NCBI RefSeq assembly: GCF_001648475.1
Contig: NZ_LXSQ01000017.1
Location: forward strand, 18,298-50,297
Direction: 5' to 3'
DNA from: Eikenella halliae
GTDB taxonomy: Bacteria > Pseudomonadota > Gammaproteobacteria > Burkholderiales > Neisseriaceae
Length of the DNA: 32,000 nt
The notes below the pieces were generated by a model. The model ran no database searches. It was not told the origin of the DNA and worked only from the letters and a program-made list of their open reading frames with translations. The translations under genes were made by a program, and so were the position numbers. The number at the start of each line of letters is the position of its first letter. The stretch's first letter is position 1. Below, in pieces: positions 1-10,131 of this stretch.

Positions 1-519
1 CTGCAACAGGCCGACCCCGCCACCGCCGCCCGGCTCAAGCCCGGCGACAGCCAGCGCATCGAACGCGCATTGGAAGTGTGGCTGCTCACCGGCCGGCCGC
101 TCAGCCAACACTTTGCCGAGCAGCCCGGCGCCGCGCCGTCGCTCTCCCTGCGCAGCATCGCCCTGATTCCAGCGCAACGCGAACGGCTGCACCGCAATAT
201 CGAACAACGCTTCCACGCCATGCTGGAGCAAGGCTTCCTCGAAGAAGTGCGCCGGTTGCAAGCGCAATATCCCGAGCTCAATCCCGACTACCCCGCCGTG
301 CGCTGCGTGGGCTACCGCCAAGCCTGGGCGCACCTGCGAGGCGAAACCGACCGCAACACCTTCATTGCCCAAGGCATCGCCGCCACCCGACAGCTCGCCA
401 AGCGCCAGCTCACCTGGCTGCGTAAACTGCCCGCCGATTTGGTGATCGACCCGTTTTCAGGTAGCCTCCGGCAACACAGTCAAACCATTCATTCTTTTTA
501 CCAACAACACTTCGCATGA
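1..519 (+). CDS. miaA: tRNA dimethylallyltransferase, C-terminal part (5' end outside window)
   Basis: Frame-1 ORF is open from base 1. RCVGYRQAWAHL and ATRQLAKRQLTWLRK match the conserved MiaA C-terminus. The stop overlaps the next start (ATGA at 516-519). Confidence 0.9.
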   Translation: MQQADPATAARLKPGDSQRIERALEVWLLTGRPLSQHFAEQPGAAPSLSLRSIALIPAQRERLHRNIEQRFHAMLEQGFLEEVRRLQAQYPELNPDYPAVRCVGYRQAWAHLRGETDRNTFIAQGIAATRQLAKRQLTWLRKLPADLVIDPFSGSLRQHSQTIHSFYQQHFA

Positions 520-1040
520 GCATTCCTGCCCCCGCCTCTTTCCGCCGCCGTTTCGCCGCCCTGTGCTACGAAGCCTTGCTGCTGGCCGCCGTAACCTGTG
601 TAGCCTTTATCCCTGCCGCCGCCGCCAATATGGCGTTGCATACTGTGCCGCTGCTGGCCGAAACGGCCGTAGCACTGATCATCCTAGCTGTGTGGTGGGG
701 CTATTTCCGCCTTTGCTGGCACAGCCCGCGCGGGCAAACCCTGCCGATGAAAGTGTGGCGGCTGCAGCTGCAAACCCCCACAGGCAGCCGCCCCAGTTTG
801 CGCCAACTGCGCCTGCGCTTCATCTGGGCCACCGTACTGCTTTTGCTGCTGCCGCTCGCCTCCTTCGGCATCCTGCGCCAGCTCACCCCCCTGCCGCCCC
901 GAACCGTGGCCGGCATGGCATTGGCGTGGTGGATATTGCCCATCGGCTTCGCCCTTATCCACCCCTCCCGCCAATTTCTCTACGACTACCTTGCCGGTAC
1001 GGTTTTAACGGGCAAAGGACGGGAAGAGCCCCTTCGCTGA
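516..1040 (+). CDS. RDD-family integral membrane protein
   Basis: 174 aa with several hydrophobic segments. The motif RGQTLPMKVWRLQL is typical of RDD-domain proteins. Translationally coupled to miaA. Confidence 0.7.
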   Translation: MSIPAPASFRRRFAALCYEALLLAAVTCVAFIPAAAANMALHTVPLLAETAVALIILAVWWGYFRLCWHSPRGQTLPMKVWRLQLQTPTGSRPSLRQLRLRFIWATVLLLLLPLASFGILRQLTPLPPRTVAGMALAWWILPIGFALIHPSRQFLYDYLAGTVLTGKGREEPLR

Positions 1041-1101
1041 ATACTTCCCTTCATACCGCTTGCCGCACTAGCCGCACCATACAAATAAAGGCACGATAGC
1101 A

Positions 1102-1140
1102 AAGGCTACCTGAAAACGCTTGGTTATTTTCAGGTAGCCT
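1102..1140 (+). terminator. Inverted DUS pair hairpin (AGGCTACCTGAA ... TTCAGGTAGCCT) followed by a T-run
   Basis: Exact 12-mers at 1102-1113 and 1129-1140, followed by ttttg. Lies downstream of the RDD gene stop. Confidence 0.65.
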
Positions 1141-1326
1141 TTTGCCCGCACCGGGCTTGCGCCTACAAGCTGCCCGCGCCGGTTATCGCCCAACCTGCTG
1201 CCTGCGGCTCACCGCCTCTTATCAACAGTTCAGTTGGCTTGCCTATATGCCTTCAAGCAACACCTCTTTTGGCAACAGCTCACCCTCCTACGCCAAACTC
1301 TCCATACGGGCAGAAACAGCAATAAA

Positions 1327-1366
1327 AGGCTACCTGAAAACACTCAATTGCATTTTCAGGTAGCCT
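1327..1366 (-). terminator. Inverted DUS pair hairpin, terminator of relA
   Basis: Exact 12-mers at 1327-1338 and 1355-1366. On the minus strand the hairpin is followed by ttttatt. Sits 20 nt after the relA stop. Confidence 0.7.
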
Positions 1367-1386
1367 TATCCCAGCAAACCGCCTGC

Positions 1387-3600
1387 CTACAGCCTGCTCA
1401 CGCCGATTACGCCTTTCACGTTGGCGAGGCTGGCGAGCACATGCGGCAGGTCGTCCACCTGATGTACTTCCAGCGTGAAGCGCAGGCTGGCCTGCAGGTT
1501 GCGCGATTGGGTTTGCACGGCGGTCACGTTGAGTTTGTGCCGCGCCAGCGCTTCGGAAATATCGCGCAACAGGCCGTTGCGGTCTTGGGCGGATACTTCG
1601 ATGTCCACGGCAAACACCTGCCCTTCCGGCACGCCCGCCCAGCAGGCCGGCACGACTTTTTCAGCCGCCTCGGCGGCGAGCTTCTGGAAAGCGGCACAGC
1701 CGATGCGGTGGATGGAAATGCCGCGCCCGCGCGTTACGAAGCCGGCGATTTCGTCGGGCGGGGCGGGTTTGCAGCATTTGGCCAGCGTGGTGAGCAGGCC
1801 GGATTCGCCGTCCACCAAAATGCCGCCTTTGCCGCCGGTTTCTTTGATGCGCGACTGTTTGACGATGCTCTCGGTGCTCACGGGCGCGGCAGGCGGCTCG
1901 GCCAGCAGGCCGCAGGCTTTCTGCACGGCGCGGGGCATGATTTCGCCGTGTGCCACGGCGGTGTAGAGTTCGTCCGGTTTTTTGAAGCCGAGCTTTTCGG
2001 CCAAAGCCTGCATATTGGGCTTGGGCTGGACTTTGAGCAGGGTTTTTTCCAGCTGCAGCCGGCCTTGTTCGCGCACACTTTCGGCGTTTTGGCGGCGGAT
2101 GTGGGCGCGGATTTTGGCGGCGGCTTTGCTGCTTTTCACCCAGCCTTCATACAGCCAGTTTACGGAGGGCTCGCCCTCTTTGGCGGCGATGATTTCCACA
2201 CGCTGTCCGTTCTCCAGCGGGGTGGAGAGCGGCACGATTTGGCCGTCTACCTTTGCGCCGCGGCAGCGGTCGCCCAGGCTGCTGTGCAGGGCGTAGGCGA
2301 AGTCGATGGGGGTGGCGCCCACGGGCAGGGAGAGCACCTTGCCGTGCGGGGTGAGCACATAAATGGTGTCGTTGAAGAGCTCGGTTTGGAAGGCGGCGGC
2401 GAGGTCGGCTTTGCCGCTCTCGGCCATGTTCTCGCGCCAATCCAAGAGCTGGCGCAGCCAGGCGATTTTCTGCTCGTATGCGGAATCACCTTTGCCGCCT
2501 TCTTTATAACGCCAGTGCGCGGCCACGCCGAATTCGTTGAATTGGTGCATTTCTTTGGTGCGGATTTGCACCTCGATGCCTTTGTCTTCCGGGCCGACAA
2601 TCACGGTGTGCAAGCTTTTGTAGCCGTTGCCTTTGGGGTTGGCGATGTAGTCGTCGAATTCGCCGGGGATGGGCTGCCACAAGCTGTGCACGATGCCCAG
2701 CACGGTGTAGCACTCGGGCACGCTGTTCACCAGCACGCGCACGGCGCGGATGTCGTAGAGCCCTTCGAAATCAAGCTTTTTCTTCACCATCTTGCGGTAG
2801 ATGGAGTAGATGTGTTTGGGACGGCCGGCCACGTCGTAATCGCGGATGCCGTATTTGGCCAGCTCGGCTTTGAGGATGCCGAGGAAGTGGTCGATATAGT
2901 GCTGCCGCTCAGGGCGTTTTTCGTCTAGAAGTTTGGCGATGCGGCGGTATTCTTCGGGGTTTTGGTGGCGGAAGCCGAGGTCTTCGAGCTGCCATTTGAG
3001 CTGCCACACGCCCAAGCGGTTGGCCAGCGGGGCGAAAATATCCAGCGTTTCTTTGGCAATGCTGCGTTTTTCCGGGCTGTCGGGGCAGCTGCCGAGGTAT
3101 TGCATGGTGCGGGTGCGCAGGGCGAGTTTGATCAGCACCACGCGGATGTCGGACACCATGGCCAACAGCATTTTGCGCATGGTTTCGGCCTGCGCGGCAC
3201 GCTCTTCAGGCGTGGCCAAGCCGTCCACGCGGGCGAAGTGGGTGAGCTTCTGCACTTGGTCGATACCTTGTACCAGACCGCATACGGTTTGGCCGCATTG
3301 CTCGGCTACCTGAAGCTGCCAATCCCCGCCCTGCTTAGACATGCCCGACAATATGGTGGCGGCCACGGCTTCGGGCAGCAAATCGAGCTGTGCCACCATC
3401 TGCGCCGCGCCCACGGTGTGCGGCAGCAGCGGCTCGCCGGCATAGGTTTGCGCGTCGGCAGGGTAGTGCGCCTCGGCCAATGCGAGCGCCTGCTGCAAAA
3501 GTACGCGGTCGGCCTCATTTTGCTGCGCGGCATAGTCTTTCAGCCAGGCCAAACATTCTTGCTGGCCGGTTATATGCGTGTCGGAATAGCCGGTCTCCAT
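1387..3600 (-). CDS. relA: GTP pyrophosphokinase, (p)ppGpp synthetase I (RelA/SpoT homolog)
   Basis: 737 aa with the RSH synthetase core (YKSLHTVI, IEVQIRTKEMH, GVAAHWRYKEG), a TGS region (IYVLTPHGKVLSLP) and a C-terminal ACT-like region. The N-terminal pseudo-hydrolase region lacks an obvious HD motif, which favours RelA over SpoT. Confidence 0.92.
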   Translation of the reverse strand: METGYSDTHITGQQECLAWLKDYAAQQNEADRVLLQQALALAEAHYPADAQTYAGEPLLPHTVGAAQMVAQLDLLPEAVAATILSGMSKQGGDWQLQVAEQCGQTVCGLVQGIDQVQKLTHFARVDGLATPEERAAQAETMRKMLLAMVSDIRVVLIKLALRTRTMQYLGSCPDSPEKRSIAKETLDIFAPLANRLGVWQLKWQLEDLGFRHQNPEEYRRIAKLLDEKRPERQHYIDHFLGILKAELAKYGIRDYDVAGRPKHIYSIYRKMVKKKLDFEGLYDIRAVRVLVNSVPECYTVLGIVHSLWQPIPGEFDDYIANPKGNGYKSLHTVIVGPEDKGIEVQIRTKEMHQFNEFGVAAHWRYKEGGKGDSAYEQKIAWLRQLLDWRENMAESGKADLAAAFQTELFNDTIYVLTPHGKVLSLPVGATPIDFAYALHSSLGDRCRGAKVDGQIVPLSTPLENGQRVEIIAAKEGEPSVNWLYEGWVKSSKAAAKIRAHIRRQNAESVREQGRLQLEKTLLKVQPKPNMQALAEKLGFKKPDELYTAVAHGEIMPRAVQKACGLLAEPPAAPVSTESIVKQSRIKETGGKGGILVDGESGLLTTLAKCCKPAPPDEIAGFVTRGRGISIHRIGCAAFQKLAAEAAEKVVPACWAGVPEGQVFAVDIEVSAQDRNGLLRDISEALARHKLNVTAVQTQSRNLQASLRFTLEVHQVDDLPHVLASLANVKGVIGVSRL

Positions 3601-3752
3601 GGTTTCCCCTTTTTTGCGGTATGAGACTTGATTGTAACCAAAAATCCGACAAGAAGGGTCTGGTTAATGCAGGGAGTTTGATGCAGGTGCAATTTTATTT
3701 GGAGAAATGGTAAGATTCGCGCTTCGCACAGGCTACCTGAAAGATACCCGCT

Positions 3753-4343
3753 ATGCTGTTCCATCCCGAAGTCATGACCGTTGAAATGCTGGCGCAGAAA
3801 ATCCGCAAAATCCCCAACTGGCCGCAGGAAGGCGTGCTGTTTCACGACATCACCCCCGTGCTGCAAAGCCCGGAATATTTCCGCCTGCTGGTGGATTTGC
3901 TCACCTACCGCTACATGACGCAAGACATCGATGTGGTGGCTGGGCTGGACGCGCGCGGCTTCATCATCGGCGCCGCGCTGGCCTATCAGCTCAACGTCGG
4001 CTTTGTGCCCATCCGCAAAAAAGGCAAGCTGCCCTTCACCACCCTTTCCGAAAGCTACGCGCTCGAATACGGCGAAGCCACCGTGGAAATCCACACCGAC
4101 GCCATTAAAGACAACGCCCGCGTGTTGCTGGTGGACGACCTCGTGGCCACCGGCGGCACCATGCACGCCGGCATCACGCTCATCCGCAAGCTCGGCGGGA
4201 ATGTGGTGGAAGCCGCCGCCATCCTTGAATTCACCGACCTGCCCGGCGGCGACCGCGTCCGCAACGAAGGCGTGCCCCTGTTTACCCTGTATCAAAACAG
4301 CGGCGCGGTAACAGAAGAGCATACCGCGCCGCAGGCCGGTTAA
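3753..4343 (+). CDS. apt: Adenine phosphoribosyltransferase
   Basis: Matches Apt through [31 protein letters not shown] and the PRPP loop [13 protein letters not shown]. The start is ambiguous: in-frame ATGs also at codons 8 and 12. Confidence 0.92.
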   Translation: MLFHPEVMTVEMLAQKIRKIPNWPQEGVLFHDITPVLQSPEYFRLLVDLLTYRYMTQDIDVVAGLDARGFIIGAALAYQLNVGFVPIRKKGKLPFTTLSESYALEYGEATVEIHTDAIKDNARVLLVDDLVATGGTMHAGITLIRKLGGNVVEAAAILEFTDLPGGDRVRNEGVPLFTLYQNSGAVTEEHTAPQAG

Positions 4344-4361
4344 AAACCGCCCATACCCATA

Positions 4362-4398
4362 TCCGGCTTTCAGGCTACCTGAAAGTCGGATGGTTTTT
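4362..4398 (+). terminator. Hairpin built around a single DUS plus a T-run (apt terminator)
   Basis: tccggctttcagg-cta-cctgaaagtcgga forms a 13-bp stem with one G-T pair, followed by tggttttt. Confidence 0.6.
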
Positions 4399-4519
4399 GA
4401 TGGGGCAGCATTTTCTGCCGCCGTGATAAAACAACGCCGTATCGGCAGTATCAAAAGGCAGGGCAGTTCGCTATAATCGCCCACGCAGTATTTACCCGTG
4501 TTTTGATAAGGACCATGCT

Positions 4520-5089
4520 ATGAAACTGTATCTTCCCCTGATTGCCGCCGCCGCTCTGGCGCTGGCTGCCTGCGGCGGCGAAAACGCCCCCAGCGCGCCC
4601 GCTTCCGAAGCCCACCACGACCACGCTGCTTCCGCCGCCTCCGCCGCTTCCCAAGCCGCACCGGCCTCTGAAGCCGCCTCTGCTCCCGCCGCAGCTGCCG
4701 AAGGCTGCTCAACATTGGTGGAAACCGGCGACAGCATGCAGTACAACACCGCCGAAATCAACGTGCCCAAAGGCTGTACCGACTTCACCGTTACCCTCAA
4801 ACACACCGGCAGCTCGCCCAAAACCGCGATGGGGCATAACATCGTGATTACCGCTGAAGGCGACGTGAACGGCGTGAACAACGACGGCGTAGGCGCAGGC
4901 CCGGACAACGATTATGTGAAACCCGGCGACGAGCGCGTAATCGCCCACACCAAACTCATCGGCGGCGGCGAACAGGCCTCCGTTACCTTCCCCGTGGCCA
5001 AACTGGCCGCCGGCACCAACTACAAATTCTTCTGTTCCTTCCCCGGCCATGCCGGCGTGATGAACGGCGTGGTGAAACTGGCAAATTAA
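4520..5089 (+). CDS. laz: Lipid-modified azurin (H.8-type outer-membrane lipoprotein)
   Basis: Lipobox LAAC-G followed by an Ala/Ser/Pro-rich linker. The azurin cupredoxin domain shows MGHNIVI and the copper ligands [14 protein letters not shown]. Confidence 0.9.
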   Translation: MKLYLPLIAAAALALAACGGENAPSAPASEAHHDHAASAASAASQAAPASEAASAPAAAAEGCSTLVETGDSMQYNTAEINVPKGCTDFTVTLKHTGSSPKTAMGHNIVITAEGDVNGVNNDGVGAGPDNDYVKPGDERVIAHTKLIGGGEQASVTFPVAKLAAGTNYKFFCSFPGHAGVMNGVVKLAN

Positions 5090-5117
5090 CATCCAACGGT
5101 TTGCCCAAACAGGCAAA

Positions 5118-5149
5118 AGGCTACCTGAAAATTCAGGTAGCCTTTTTTA
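5118..5149 (+). terminator. Inverted DUS pair plus T6 (laz terminator)
   Basis: aggctacctgaaaattcaggtagccttttttac, with 12-mers at 5118-5129 and 5132-5143. Confidence 0.75.
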
Positions 5150-5215
5150 CTGGCCGGATATGGATGCCAGAAGGCCGGTTTTTCAGGTAGCCTGATTTTG
5201 AAAGGCCGTGCCCGC

Positions 5216-5941
5216 TTACTCCGGCAGCACCTCTTCCGCCGCTTCCTGCACCAAGGCCGAAGCTGTTTCGATAACGGTTTGTTCGCCATTGGCTTCCAGC
5301 GGCAAACGAGCCAAAACAGTTTCGCTGGCACGCACTTTTTCGCCGATGGCCACTAGCGGCACGGCATCGGTGGGCAGATACACATCCACCCGCGAGCCGA
5401 AACGGATAAAGCCGTAGCGTTGGCCGCGCGTGATTTTTTCGCCCGGCTGCACGTAGCACAGAATGCGCCGCGCCACCAAACCGGCCACCTGCACAAAGGT
5501 CAGCTCGCGCCCACTTTGGGTGGTGGCGAACACCGCATTGCGCTCGTTTTCCGTGCTGGCCTTATCCAGCGCGGCGTTTACGAATTGGCCGGGGAAGTAA
5601 TCCACCTGCGTTACCGTGCCGTCAACCGGCGCGCGCTGGGAATGCACGTTGAACACGTTCATAAACACGCTGATTTTCAGCGCGGGCACTTTGCGGAACG
5701 GGTCTTCGGCACGCTCCACCACCACAATGCGCCCGTCGGCCGGGCAGAGCACGGCTTCCGGATCGGCCGGAATATCGCGCGCCGGATCGCGGAAAAACTG
5801 CACAGCAAACACGGTGAACACCCAAAACGGCAGCGACCACCAGCCGCAGCAAAAGCTCACCAGCACGCTCAGCAGCAGCCCGCCCAAAATAAACGGCCAG
5901 CCTTCCCGCGCAATCAGCGGATGGGGGTAGAAACGGTTCAC
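5216..5941 (-). CDS. psd: Phosphatidylserine decarboxylase proenzyme, short Asd-type
   Basis: 241 aa with an N-terminal membrane anchor. The self-cleavage motif FGSRVD lies near the C-terminal third, with conserved [16 protein letters not shown]. Confidence 0.85.
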   Translation of the reverse strand: MNRFYPHPLIAREGWPFILGGLLLSVLVSFCCGWWSLPFWVFTVFAVQFFRDPARDIPADPEAVLCPADGRIVVVERAEDPFRKVPALKISVFMNVFNVHSQRAPVDGTVTQVDYFPGQFVNAALDKASTENERNAVFATTQSGRELTFVQVAGLVARRILCYVQPGEKITRGQRYGFIRFGSRVDVYLPTDAVPLVAIGEKVRASETVLARLPLEANGEQTVIETASALVQEAAEEVLPE

Positions 5942-6020
5942 GGCATATCCTTTTTGAATTGAGTTGGAATGGGGCGGGATTATACAAGATACGGGGTAGA
6001 GGGAAAGCGGCTTGCGCCAA

Positions 6021-6094
6021 ATCGATGAGGCTACCTGAAAGCATGAGCTTCAACGAAGTTAAAACAGCCCCGCCTGCATTTTCAGGTAGCCTCA
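6021..6094. repeat. DUS-bounded repeat unit, copy 1 of a direct-repeat pair
   Basis: atcgatgaggctacctgaaagcatgagcttcaacgaagttaaaacagcc...ttttcaggtagcctca. It recurs at 6453-6525 with about 5 differences. Confidence 0.85.
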
Positions 6095-6452
6095 TAGTTT
6101 TACTCATCTGCGTAGGTTAAATTTTTAGTAGCTTGTACAAAGCGCAGACGCCCTCTACGTTGATACCCTATTAACCTTTGCGCCTCATGCCGGCGCGGGC
6201 ACTTTCTTTTCTTTGCTTCGCTAAAGAAAAGAAAGCAAAAGAAAGGCAACTGCGGGCACGGGTTTGGCTTTGCCAAACTTCCCTCACTGCACACGGTTTT
6301 TCGGGCAGGCTCGCAACTTGCGGCTTCGCCGCTTCAAACATGCAAGCCCTTGTTTCCCGAAAAACCGTGCTCCGTTCGGCTGTGCCAGCAGAAGAGGATA
6401 TAGCCCAACCGTTTCCATTCAATATTCTGTGTTTGATTCAGCAAGAACTTTA

Positions 6453-6525
6453 ATCGATGAGGCTACCTGAAAGCATGAGCTTCAACGAAATTAAAACAGC
6501 CCGTCTGCGTTTTCAGGTAGCCTCA
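6453..6525. repeat. DUS-bounded repeat unit, copy 2; also the likely terminator of the 6534-7094 gene
   Basis: Same orientation and near-identical to 6021-6094. Inverted DUS at 6460-6471 and 6512-6523. Confidence 0.85.
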
Positions 6526-6533
6526 GTGCCCTT

Positions 6534-7094
6534 TCACCACTGCTCGCCGCGCTCGCCCGTGCGGTCGCCCCAGGTTTCGTCCGGTTCGTAGGGCAGCACC
6601 AGCATGGCCGTGAGCCAGCCGCCAACCGCAAACAGTGCGGGCAGCACATACCACGGCGGCGCGGCCATCAGCTGATTAATGGCCTCGGCGGGGAAAGGCA
6701 TTGCCTCGCCCAAAATGGCGGCAACCAGCCGGTTGAATTCCGGCAGCACATTCACGCCCGCCAGTTGCGGCAGGGCATACAATGCCGCCGTCAGCAGCGT
6801 CCACACCAAAGCCGACACCGCCCGCCCTTGCAGATTGTTTTGCCAACCCAGCCGCTGCGCCAGCGCGCCGGTGAGCAGGGCAGGCAGTGCGAGCAGCCAC
6901 AGGCCGTGGACAGCCGAGATCAGCACGATACTCGGCCCTTTAAGCCCCGCCAGACGCAGCAGCATGACCTGCGGCGACTGCCAGCCAGCCTTCCACAGCA
7001 GCGCCAGCACGCCGTAGAGCAGCCCGCAGAAAAACCCCGAACACAGCACATACCAAACCATCATTTTCCGCAGCGGCGGATTTTGCCGGCTCAT
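6534..7094 (-). CDS. Hypothetical integral membrane protein
   Basis: ORF with about 5 hydrophobic helices. I place the start at the ATG at 7092-7094 because AAGGAG lies 8 nt upstream. The track's longer start at 7127 has no SD. Confidence 0.65.
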   Translation of the reverse strand: MSRQNPPLRKMMVWYVLCSGFFCGLLYGVLALLWKAGWQSPQVMLLRLAGLKGPSIVLISAVHGLWLLALPALLTGALAQRLGWQNNLQGRAVSALVWTLLTAALYALPQLAGVNVLPEFNRLVAAILGEAMPFPAEAINQLMAAPPWYVLPALFAVGGWLTAMLVLPYEPDETWGDRTGERGEQW

Positions 7095-7127
7095 TTGCCC
7101 GCTCCTTAGATAACACAAAAGGCGCAC

Positions 7128-8623
<1,496 letters not shown>

Positions 8624-8639
8624 ACCCGGGCTGTATAGA

Positions 8640-8706
8640 AGGCTACCTGAAACGAAACTGCCGAAGGCAGCCGAGTTTCTGCGAAGCCAAGATTTTCAGG
8701 TAGCCT
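8640..8706 (+). terminator. Inverted DUS pair with an internal module (argG terminator; repeat family member)
   Basis: 12-mers at 8640-8651 and 8695-8706. The interior is homologous (as reverse complement) to 19181-19205. Confidence 0.65.
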
Positions 8707-8763
8707 CATCAACGAAAGGCTACCTGAAATTGCTTTCGGGCAGCCGCCTGCTCATGCGCTATA

Positions 8764-9981
8764 ATGCCGCATCTTCAATCCATTCCGCCTGATGCCATGT
8801 CGCGCCGCCCTCCTTTCCAGCCCGACAAATCCCTCAGCCGCCCCGAGCGCGTATTGCTGGTGGGCGTGATGCTGGCCGACAGTTTCTCCGGCAGCAACGA
8901 GCAGCGCGCCCGCGCTTTTCAAAACGTGTTGGACGAAGCCGCTGAGCTGGTGCGTGCCGGCGGCGGGGAGTTGGTGCACGTTTCCACCGCCCGCCGCGAC
9001 CGCCCCAGCGGCGCCTTGTTTGTGGGCACGGGCAAAGCCGAGGAGCTGGCGGCCGAAGTGCGGGCACACAATATCGAATTGGCCGTGTTCAACCACGAGC
9101 TCACGCCCACGCAGGAGCGCAACCTCGAAGAGAAGCTGCAATGCCGCGTGCTCGACCGCGTGGGGCTGATTCTCGCCATTTTCGCCCAGCGCGCGCAAAG
9201 CCAGGAAGGCCGCCTGCAAGTGGAGCTGGCGCAGCTCACCCACCTCTCCGGCCGTCTGGTGCGCGGCTACGGCCACCTGCAAAGCCAAAAAGGCGGCATC
9301 GGCCTCAAAGGTCCGGGCGAAACCCAGCTCGAAACCGACCGCCGCCTGATCGCCCAAAAAATCACCACCCTGAAAAAACGCCTTGCCGACGTGCGCCGCC
9401 AGCGTGCCACCCGCCGCAAAGCCCGCCAGCAGGGCAGCCTGCCCACTTTCGCCTTGGTGGGCTACACCAACACCGGCAAATCCAGCCTGTTCAACCGCCT
9501 CACCAAAGCCGACGTGCTGGCCAAAGACCAGCTCTTCGCCACGCTCGACACCACCGCCCGCCGCCTGTATCTCGACCGCGAGCACAGCATCATCCTCACC
9601 GACACCGTAGGCTTCGTGCGCGACCTGCCGCACCGCCTGGTGGCTGCTTTCTCCGCCACGCTGGAGGAAACCGCCCAAGCCGACGTCTTGCTCCATGTGG
9701 CCGACGTTTCCCAGCCCGACTACGAGCAGCGTATGGAAGACGTCAACCGTGTGCTGGCCGAAATCGGTGCCGCCGATGTGCCGCAGCTCTTGCTGTATAA
9801 CAAAATCGACCTCCTGCCCGCCGAACAGCAACAGCCCGGCATCCTGCGCAGTAAAAGCGGCCAAATCGCCGCTGTGCGCCTCTCCGTTACCCAAAGCCTG
9901 GGCTTGGACGACTTGCGCCAGGCATTGATTGAGTGGGCGGATACGCATAGCAAGGCATCAGGCGGCAAAGAGGCTACCTGA
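8764..9981 (+). CDS. hflX: Ribosome-associated GTPase HflX
   Basis: HflX N-domain (RVLDRVGLILAIFAQRAQSQEGRLQVELAQL) and G-domain (GYTNTGKSSLFN, DTVGF, NKID). The start may be the ATG at 8797, since a TATAAT box at 8759-8764 overlaps the first ATG. The stop TGA lies inside a DUS. Confidence 0.9.
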   Translation: MPHLQSIPPDAMSRRPPFQPDKSLSRPERVLLVGVMLADSFSGSNEQRARAFQNVLDEAAELVRAGGGELVHVSTARRDRPSGALFVGTGKAEELAAEVRAHNIELAVFNHELTPTQERNLEEKLQCRVLDRVGLILAIFAQRAQSQEGRLQVELAQLTHLSGRLVRGYGHLQSQKGGIGLKGPGETQLETDRRLIAQKITTLKKRLADVRRQRATRRKARQQGSLPTFALVGYTNTGKSSLFNRLTKADVLAKDQLFATLDTTARRLYLDREHSIILTDTVGFVRDLPHRLVAAFSATLEETAQADVLLHVADVSQPDYEQRMEDVNRVLAEIGAADVPQLLLYNKIDLLPAEQQQPGILRSKSGQIAAVRLSVTQSLGLDDLRQALIEWADTHSKASGGKEAT

Positions 9982-10131
9982 AAAAGCCTTAAACCCCTGT
10001 CATCCTGTTATACCGTTTTCAAGCAGCCCCTACCGCCATACAGGCTACCTGAAATTCGCTTTAGGCAGCCTCCTTTCCATTCCACCCCGCCGCCCCAAGG
10101 CCACCATCGCCCCCGTCCGAGGAATCCCACC

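Noticed and set aside
1234-2928. Long ORFs antisense to, or out of frame with, clear genes. Examples: 1234-2928 opposite relA; 7106-8335 opposite argG; 8752-9948 opposite hflX; 10603-12114 and 11178-12758 in glnD; 14725-15513 in purH; 17246-18163 opposite the BI-1 gene; 29466-30383 and 29554-30303 in folP; 30721-31398 in the MFS gene.
   Set aside because: These are typical shadow ORFs of high-GC DNA. Their translations are low-complexity (Ala/Gly/Arg/Pro/His-rich) with no motifs. In every case the other frame encodes a protein with unmistakable family signatures.
4580-4700. The Ala/Ser/Pro-rich repetitive stretch in laz, considered as a tandem repeat or phase-variation tract.
   Set aside because: It is the known flexible H.8-type linker of lipid-modified azurins. 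The repeats are imperfect at the DNA level, and no homopolymer or short perfect tandem tract capable of slippage is present.
6171-6453. Short ORFs (83 and 91 aa) inside the structured 358-bp segment.
   Set aside because: They overlap on opposite strands, have no SD and give low-complexity translations running through hairpin arms. A non-coding interpretation fits better.
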